The translations under genes were made by a program, and so were the position numbers. This document shows, piece after piece, positions 6,165 to 11,317 of a DNA stretch of 11,317 nucleotides. The DNA is taken from positions 1-11,317 of the forward strand of contig JAIVYS010000024.1 of the NCBI GenBank assembly GCA_048635325.1, written 5' to 3'. Source of the stretch: Candidatus Bathyarchaeota archaeon (GTDB taxonomy: Archaea > EX4484-52 > B79-G9). Below the pieces are notes generated by a model, which saw only the letters and a list, made by a program, of their open reading frames with translations, made no database searches and was not told the DNA's origin. Every line of letters starts with the position of its first letter. Position 1 is the first letter of the stretch.

Positions 6165-7007
6165 CTAAACACTTTCCTCGTTTTTTCTTAGTTTGATTAG
6201 GTTATTGAACTCACTTTGCTCTTCATCATTCAATTTCAAATCAAGGGGTTCTTTAACACCATCTTTATTGATTGAGCAAGGCCACGTGACAAAAAGCCCG
6301 AATTTTGGCTCATAATAAGAAACCGTTAGAACAACTGTTTCTTCAGACATCAATACTTCTGCCAACTTTGCCAGCTCTCTTGCAGTCCCGTATGTTGATG
6401 CCTTGTATTCTGCAAGGTAAATCCTAAAATAGTTTCTTGCGTGCTCTATAATTTTTTTTCTGTCAGGCACATCTTCCCTAAAAACAGGGATGCCTCGCTT
6501 GCCGTGTTCTCCTATGAAGTTTACATCAATTTTTTTCGAAAAAGTTTTCGTTTCCGAAAATATCATGTATTTCAGGCGGTTGACATCAAGCTGGCCGCCA
6601 AAGCCAATAATATTTTTTGGATCCAACCCGGAAAGCTTCCATATAAGGCGTGCAACCCTGTCGCAAGGAGTGGTTATTACGACAATTTTCGAATCTTTTT
6701 TTGGATGTATTTTTGAGAAGATGCCGTTAATTATCGGTTTACTTATATCCCACAAGCTGCTTCCTGCCGGGGCGCCGAATGAGCCGCAAGTGATTAGTAT
6801 GATGTCTGCGTCGTTTGCATCAGGGAAGTTGCCAACTTTTATTTTATCGCCATGTTCTGGATATGTTGCAACAAGATCTGCTTTCAATCCTTCTGCGCTC
6901 TTTGGGTTTCTGTTGATTAACAGCAATTCAGTTATTTTTGCATTATCTACAAGGCAAAAAGCAGTAGTGCTGCCTACGCGGCCTGTGCCTATTATTGCTA
7001 TTTTCAT
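6165..7007 (-). CDS. L-lactate/malate dehydrogenase family NAD(P)-dependent 2-hydroxyacid dehydrogenase
   Basis: The N-terminal Rossmann motif is MKIAIIGTGRVGSTTAF. LDH/MDH-like blocks include GQLDVNRLKY (substrate Arg) and IGEHG (catalytic His). The ORF-track start at 7016 is GTG; the ATG at 7005-7007 (MKIAIIG) is preferred and lies 31-38 bp from a TATA box. The + strand 190-aa ORF 6490..7062 is treated as a shadow. Confidence 0.75.
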   Translation of the reverse strand: MKIAIIGTGRVGSTTAFCLVDNAKITELLLINRNPKSAEGLKADLVATYPEHGDKIKVGNFPDANDADIILITCGSFGAPAGSSLWDISKPIINGIFSKIHPKKDSKIVVITTPCDRVARLIWKLSGLDPKNIIGFGGQLDVNRLKYMIFSETKTFSKKIDVNFIGEHGKRGIPVFREDVPDRKKIIEHARNYFRIYLAEYKASTYGTARELAKLAEVLMSEETVVLTVSYYEPKFGLFVTWPCSINKDGVKEPLDLKLNDEEQSEFNNLIKLRKNEESV

Positions 7008-7037
7008 AGTATCCACGTTACGATTAGTTCTATTGAC

Positions 7038-7045
7038 TTATATAA
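7038..7045 (-). promoter_or_regulatory. TATA box (ttatataa) for the LDH/MDH gene
   Basis: It lies 31-38 bp upstream of ATG 7007 on the minus strand. Confidence 0.45.
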
Positions 7046-7176
7046 CAACCAATGTGATATGATGTTGGGGCGACAATGACTTCAGGGTCGCATAGGGGTT
7101 CAGGGGATATATATACGTGAATAACCCATTAAAATATTAACAGCCAAGTGCATCTGAATTCATTTACAACCGTTGA

Positions 7177-7200
7177 AACTCCGCCTTTCAGGGCGGAGTT
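7177..7200. promoter_or_regulatory. perfect inverted repeat or hairpin aactccgcc-tttcag-ggcggagtt (9-bp GC-rich stem, 6-nt loop)
   Basis: Exact complementarity is seen directly. It lies in the divergent mdh/nox intergenic region, ~20 bp upstream of the putative nox TATA (ggataaaac, ~7220-7228) and ~65 bp downstream of an extra strong TATA box (gatatatatac, ~7105-7115). Confidence 0.6.
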
Positions 7201-7268
7201 ACCGGTAAAGAAACGGAAAGGATAAAACGCGCGATTAAGAAAGCGGATGTTGATGAAGAGATGATAAA

Positions 7269-8615
7269 ATGAGATATGATGTGATTGTAATTGGCGGCGG
7301 ACCTGCAGGCGTTATCACTGCTGTTACTGCAAAGAAATATTACCCTGATAAAAAGATTTTGTTGATAAAAAGTGTGGGCGCCGGGGTAATCCCCTGTGGA
7401 ATCCCGTATATGTTTACCACACTGAAAGAACCTGAAGATAATGCCTTTGGAAATGCTCCATTGGAAAAAAACAATATAGAATGGAAAGTAGAGGAAGTCA
7501 TTGAAATAAACACAAAAAGCAAGCAAATACAAACCAAAACCCGTGAGTTGTTTGAGTACGAAAAGCTTGTTCTTGCTACAGGTTCAAATCCGATTATACC
7601 TCCTATAGAAGGAATTGAAAAAAAAGGGATATGTGCTATCTACAAGGAGTTGAACCACTTAAAAAATCTTAAGCAGGATATCTGCGAAGCCAAAAATATT
7701 GCCATAATCGGAGGAGGCTTTATTGGTGTTGAATTCGCAGATGAGTTTTCAAAACTTAAGGGAGTGAATGTATCTGTTGTAGAGATGCTGCCGGAAATTC
7801 TGCTGAATTCTTTTGACAAAGAATTTTCCGGGCTGGCAAAAGAGAAGCTTATTGATGCAGGCATTAATATACTTGTCAATATGAAAGCTGAGAGATTTAA
7901 TGGTAGTGCGCGAGTGGAATCTGTTACTCTTTCTGGCAACAAAACAATTCCTGCAGATGTTGTTATTCTCGGTATTGGAGCAACTCCTAATTCCTCTCTG
8001 GCAAAGGGGGCGGGCCTGGATATAGGCAGAAGCAGAGGCATTCTGGTTGATGAATGCATGAGAACGTCTGAAGAAGATATATTTGCGGTAGGTGATTGTG
8101 CCGGAAAAAAAGACTTTTTCACAAGAAATGAGACAAATGTCATGCTTGCGTCTACTGCGACTGTTGAGGCAAGAATTGCGGGAGCGAATTTATTCGAACT
8201 AAAGCCGATAAGAGAGAATAGAGGCACTATTGCTGTATATTCAACACAGGTAGGGGACTTGGTTTTAGGTGCAGTAGGGGTGACAGAAAAAAATGCATTG
8301 GAAGAAGGATTTAAAATTATTGTTGGAAACGCAGAGTGCGTTGATAAACATCCTGACGCGATGCCGGGAGCGCACAAACTCAAAGTTAAATTGATTTTTT
8401 CAGAACAATCAGGGATTTTTTTAGGAGGCCAGGTCGCAGGAGGTGTTTCAGCAGGAGAAATTGCCAATGTTATGGCATTAGCTATTCAAAAAAACACTTT
8501 ATTGACAGAATTTGAAACCCTGCAGATTGCATCGCACCCAAAACTTACAGCAGCTCCAACAATATATCCTTTAATAAGTGCGGCACAGGATGCGCTGATG
8601 CAGTGCAAAAGATAG
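7269..8615 (+). CDS. FAD-dependent pyridine nucleotide-disulfide oxidoreductase, single-Cys NADH oxidase / CoA-disulfide reductase family
   Basis: The FAD dinucleotide motif is VIVIGGGPAG and the NAD(P) motif is IAIIGGGFIGVEFA. A single redox Cys in VIPCGIPYMF sits at about position 43, as in Nox/CoADR Cys42. A G-D motif (AVGDCAG) and a C-terminal dimerisation domain are present. The minus-strand 275-aa ORF 7640..8467 is a shadow. Confidence 0.85.
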   Translation: MRYDVIVIGGGPAGVITAVTAKKYYPDKKILLIKSVGAGVIPCGIPYMFTTLKEPEDNAFGNAPLEKNNIEWKVEEVIEINTKSKQIQTKTRELFEYEKLVLATGSNPIIPPIEGIEKKGICAIYKELNHLKNLKQDICEAKNIAIIGGGFIGVEFADEFSKLKGVNVSVVEMLPEILLNSFDKEFSGLAKEKLIDAGINILVNMKAERFNGSARVESVTLSGNKTIPADVVILGIGATPNSSLAKGAGLDIGRSRGILVDECMRTSEEDIFAVGDCAGKKDFFTRNETNVMLASTATVEARIAGANLFELKPIRENRGTIAVYSTQVGDLVLGAVGVTEKNALEEGFKIIVGNAECVDKHPDAMPGAHKLKVKLIFSEQSGIFLGGQVAGGVSAGEIANVMALAIQKNTLLTEFETLQIASHPKLTAAPTIYPLISAAQDALMQCKR

Positions 8616-8634
8616 ATAATGTGTAGTGCATGGT

Positions 8635-11019
8635 TTAGTAATGCTTTTTCAGCGCATCATAGAACTCCCGGGAGTTCGGGGTGTTTGCCACATTCATTTC
8701 TGACTTGCTGCTCCCGACAGTGTTGATGGTGACTGTGCCGTTGCGGAACATCTTGTTCAGAAAGCCCTCCTTGAAGTTTATGTGGTCTATCTTGCTAAAT
8801 ACAATGGACTTCTGCTTTTTGTATAAAATCCCTGATTTTTTAAGCACTCTGTAGGGCTGGATTATGTAGGATGTCACCCTTACACTCCAGATTGTCAGGG
8901 GGATTGTGAGCGGAAGAAGCGCAATAAACGGAAATATTATTATGCTGCCGAGCACAAGAGGCACAAGCGAGTTCATAACATCCGGCTTTGCAACAAGGAC
9001 CGGTTTTGAAGAGTATTGGCTGATGTTTTCCTCAATGTTTTTTATCTCTTCAGCGCCCGGCCTCTTGTAAAAGATCATGTCAATGAGGTCGTCCTTATTT
9101 TCGATACCCCCGGCATAATTTATTTTAAAGGAGTTTGAAAGAACCACCTGAGTTTTGCCACTTTGCTCAACATGCTCTCCTGCAACATCAAAAGTTACTG
9201 AGCCCGCTCCCGAGAACGGGTACTTTACAGTTGAGATGTTCTTGATGTTGTCGCAGAGGACATAATAAAAATCCTTGAAAAACACCCCTTTCTCAAAGTA
9301 GATGTAGTCCTTGAAGAATGTCATCTTCGACCTTATGTAGTATATCCTGTTATACCATATGCTAACTGCGTAAAGAAGGACTGCAATTGCAGGAAATACA
9401 GCAAGCCATAATGAATACAGGATTGATGCGCCAAGCATAGAGGCCATGAGGAGACAGGCAAACATATTTTCCAAAAGATTTGCCTTGAGCATGTCAATCA
9501 CACTGAAGTTCGAGTTGATTTTGTAAAGAACCTCGCCGGCCCTCATGCCGGACTTTGCTGCGATGTTTTCGCATAGCCCATCAGTTTTGTATATGTTTGA
9601 AAAGGTGACTTTTTCAGAAGAGCCTATTGACCAGAAATGTATGCTGCATGTGTTGAACCATTTGTCAATGAAGCTCTCCCTGAAGATGATCCCTGTAATC
9701 TTGTCATTTGAGAACTCCTTGTTCTTTGATGAAATGAAATTGTATTGCTCCTCCATGCTCGTGGGCTTGACAAGATACTTGGTTGCGTTCACTTTGACTA
9801 CATTTACTGCAAATGCAACAATCCATATAATCGCGAATGGAATTAGCGCGCCAAGCATCAGGAAACCGGGAACAACGAGCAAAAGAATCAAAAAGATGGG
9901 CAGTACGGCAAGAAGGGGCATAAGAGTCCTTTTGACATCCATCCTGTACTCTGCAGTGAAGCTGGTGTCGCCTTGCGGCGCCCTGGCAGGGCTTGCCGCA
10001 TGCGCGGGCAACTGAATATCTTTTTCGGATTGTTCTCCTGAAACATCTGCTGCCTCAAAAGAGCGGCTTTCCCCTATCAGCCGGTCAATGTTTTCCTCAA
10101 GCTTTTGGCCGTTTTTCATGTTCTTGAAGAGAATCTCCTGGCCGCTTCCCTGGCAGCTTATTTTAACGTCATACAAGCTGAATATTTTATCAATGAGGTT
10201 CTGGGTTATTGTGGAGTCTGCAAGATTTTCAATCGGGATAAATGCCTCATTCTTTGTGAGAAATCCTTCTGCATAAGTAATTGTGTCTGAGTACACATTA
10301 TAGACCCTTCTTTTCAGGTCCATGAACCGAAGAAACGCATTTAGAAAGATGGCCGATATTATAATCCCTGCAACAGGCAATACCAGTGATGCACTGATTC
10401 CGGCAAGCTCCAGAACAGGGAGCGCACTACGGGCTGTCCCGCCAATATAAGCAATAAGTATGCCTGCTGAAACAAAATTCTTGAATGTCTCGAAAAATAC
10501 GCCTATTGTGCTTGGGCGTTCCTGCTGAATAATGCTCTCTTTTGCCAGTTTAAACCCGTTTTGCTTCATAAGCTCTTCGGTATACACGTAAATTTTTTCA
10601 GGGTTGTCTATTGAGCGTAGATGCACTTCTGTACCGCCGCTTCCTGCAGACTCAATGCTTATGTTGCCTGTTTCAAAAAGTATCCTGTGTTCAATATAAT
10701 TCAGGCGCATGCCAACGTGTGTTATGTTTTTTACCAAAAGCTCTGTCTGGCTGTCTGAAAAAATACTTCCGCTTTTATGTATGAGTTTGTTGTCAAGAAA
10801 AATGTATTTTTCCTTCCTGTATCGCACGCAGAGAGAATAATAGTCAAAAGCCTGAAACAGGGCGAATGCGGCAATAACATAAATAGTGTATGCGCCTGCA
10901 AAGATATTCACTGCGTAATACAATGCAATAAAGAAAAGCAAAGAAAAAAGAAACATTTTGGCATACGCGTAACTCACGAACGCTGTTTTATTCGGCTTTA
11001 TCTCGTAGCTTTCAGGCAT
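8635..11019 (-). CDS. large membrane protein built from five tandem [TM hairpin + bacterial PH-like (bPH_2/YdbT-like)] modules
   Basis: Five times over, two adjacent hydrophobic helices are followed by a ~100-aa soluble segment, for example FLFSLLFFIALYYAVNIFAGAYTIYVIAAFALF then ...YIFLDNKLIHKSGSIF.... A central Ala/Pro-rich linker (AHAASPARAPQGD) divides the protein. The ORF-track start at 11067 is TTG; the ATG at 11017-11019 (MPESYEIKPNK) is preferred, with a TATA at 11041-11049. Confidence 0.7.
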   Translation of the reverse strand: MPESYEIKPNKTAFVSYAYAKMFLFSLLFFIALYYAVNIFAGAYTIYVIAAFALFQAFDYYSLCVRYRKEKYIFLDNKLIHKSGSIFSDSQTELLVKNITHVGMRLNYIEHRILFETGNISIESAGSGGTEVHLRSIDNPEKIYVYTEELMKQNGFKLAKESIIQQERPSTIGVFFETFKNFVSAGILIAYIGGTARSALPVLELAGISASLVLPVAGIIISAIFLNAFLRFMDLKRRVYNVYSDTITYAEGFLTKNEAFIPIENLADSTITQNLIDKIFSLYDVKISCQGSGQEILFKNMKNGQKLEENIDRLIGESRSFEAADVSGEQSEKDIQLPAHAASPARAPQGDTSFTAEYRMDVKRTLMPLLAVLPIFLILLLVVPGFLMLGALIPFAIIWIVAFAVNVVKVNATKYLVKPTSMEEQYNFISSKNKEFSNDKITGIIFRESFIDKWFNTCSIHFWSIGSSEKVTFSNIYKTDGLCENIAAKSGMRAGEVLYKINSNFSVIDMLKANLLENMFACLLMASMLGASILYSLWLAVFPAIAVLLYAVSIWYNRIYYIRSKMTFFKDYIYFEKGVFFKDFYYVLCDNIKNISTVKYPFSGAGSVTFDVAGEHVEQSGKTQVVLSNSFKINYAGGIENKDDLIDMIFYKRPGAEEIKNIEENISQYSSKPVLVAKPDVMNSLVPLVLGSIIIFPFIALLPLTIPLTIWSVRVTSYIIQPYRVLKKSGILYKKQKSIVFSKIDHINFKEGFLNKMFRNGTVTINTVGSSKSEMNVANTPNSREFYDALKKHY

Positions 11020-11040
11020 GCATTCTATTACGGCATCTTT

Positions 11041-11049
11041 CGTATATAT
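11041..11049 (-). promoter_or_regulatory. TATA box (minus strand atatatacg) 22-30 bp upstream of the ATG at 11019
   Basis: The plus strand reads cgtatatat. The spacing fits a leaderless transcript of the bPH-repeat gene. Confidence 0.45.
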
Positions 11050-11100
11050 GCTTTGGCGCGCCACCAAAACACCTTTAATGATTCTGATTTAATCATTCTT

Positions 11101-11317
11101 ATGGCATACATCACACACCCTCTTTTAAAGAAAAATGCGATTGAGCAGAGGGCGTATCAGGAGGCAATAATAGCATCTGCTGCAAAAAAGAACACATTGG
11201 TTGTCCTGCCCACAGGCCTCGGAAAAACCATTATCGCCCTCGGGGTTGCGGCGCACCGCCTGCATACGGTTCCTGGGTCAAAAGTGCTTTTTCTTGCCCC
11301 GACAAAGCCGCTCACAG
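11101..11317 (+). CDS. hef: Hef/FANCM-family helicase-nuclease (ERCC4-type), N-terminal fragment; continues beyond the window
   Basis: MAYITHPLLKKNAIEQRAYQEAIIASAAKKNTLVVLPTGLGKTIIALGVAAHRL…VLFLAPTKPLT has the PTGxGKT Walker A (helicase motif I) and a downstream FLAPT(K/R)PL block. The pattern and spacing are characteristic of archaeal Hef and eukaryotic FANCM/Mph1 N-termini. The frame is open to the window end. Confidence 0.8.
   Translation, partial: MAYITHPLLKKNAIEQRAYQEAIIASAAKKNTLVVLPTGLGKTIIALGVAAHRLHTVPGSKVLFLAPTKPLT

Noticed and set aside
6490-7062. 190-aa + strand ORF
   Set aside because: It lies entirely antisense to the LDH/MDH gene, which has clear Rossmann and catalytic motifs. 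It has no motifs of its own, so it is a shadow ORF.
7063-7140. Possible tRNA-like cloverleaf around the gcgac…gtcgc stem
   Set aside because: The loop is 12 nt, not a 7-nt anticodon loop. There is no acceptor-stem complementarity and no T-loop GTTC-like element.
7050-7160. Possible C/D-box sRNA (tgatatgatg and ttgatgaag resembling a C box, ctga at 7154 resembling a D box)
   Set aside because: The box sequences do not match RUGAUGA/CUGA in the right order and spacing with a terminal stem. This needs a covariance or snoRNA-specific search rather than eyeballing.
7188-7537. Minus-strand ORFs 7188..7532 and 7340..7537
   Set aside because: They run through the nox promoter and 5' coding region antisense. 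They are shadow frames of an AT/GC-skewed region.
7640-8467. 275-aa minus-strand ORF
   Set aside because: It is antisense to the Nox/CoADR-like gene, which has unmistakable FAD/NAD(P) motifs. It is low-complexity S/P/A-rich, typical of shadow frames.
9545-10290. + strand ORFs 9545..10015, 10088..10276 and 10105..10290
   Set aside because: They are embedded antisense within the 5-repeat membrane protein gene and have no supporting promoter or motif evidence.
11071-11091. Short inverted repeat aatgatt-N7-aatcatt between the bPH-repeat gene and hef
   Set aside because: The 7-bp arms in AT-rich intergenic DNA are within chance expectation. I note it only as a possible element of the hef promoter.
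1-11317. CRISPR array or other tandem DNA repeats
   Set aside because: No regularly spaced short direct repeats were seen on either strand. The only significant DNA repeat is the purA-end duplication, reported above.

Overview
This looks like an archaeal chromosomal segment. An AT-rich TATA-like box lies about 20-40 bp upstream of nearly every ATG, which suggests leaderless or short-leader transcripts. Ribosomal protein S17e, a Hef/FANCM-type helicase N-terminus and a short archaeal-type PurA support the assignment. The housekeeping backbone is purA (adenylosuccinate synthetase), rps17e, an SPFH/stomatin protein, an LDH/MDH-family dehydrogenase, a single-Cys Nox/CoADR-like flavoprotein disulfide oxidoreductase, and the start of hef. 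Several accessory pieces sit between these genes. (1) An MFS transporter gene lies about 3 bp from the purA stop and is bracketed by two ~44-bp near-identical direct repeats; the first repeat is the coding 3' end of purA and the second is a frameshifted relic copy. (2) A markedly AT-richer three-gene minus-strand operon encodes a wHTH-fused minimal nucleotidyltransferase (MNT), a HEPN-like protein with a 4-nt ATGA overlap, and a third unknown ~115-146 aa protein; a palindromic or direct-repeat operator overlaps the first start codon. (3) A ~795-aa membrane protein is built from five tandem [TM hairpin + bacterial-PH-like (YdbT/bPH_2-type)] modules. (4) A two-gene operon encodes an exported Ser/Thr/Gly-rich beta-rich protein and a small polytopic membrane protein of unknown function. 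(5) The divergent mdh/nox intergenic region carries an extra strong TATA box and a perfect 9-bp-stem GC-rich hairpin, which could mark a small RNA or a regulator site. I saw no CRISPR array and could not identify a tRNA or rRNA; a computational RNA scan is needed to confirm. Several ORF-track starts are TTG or GTG and were moved to internal ATGs that sit at promoter-consistent spacing.
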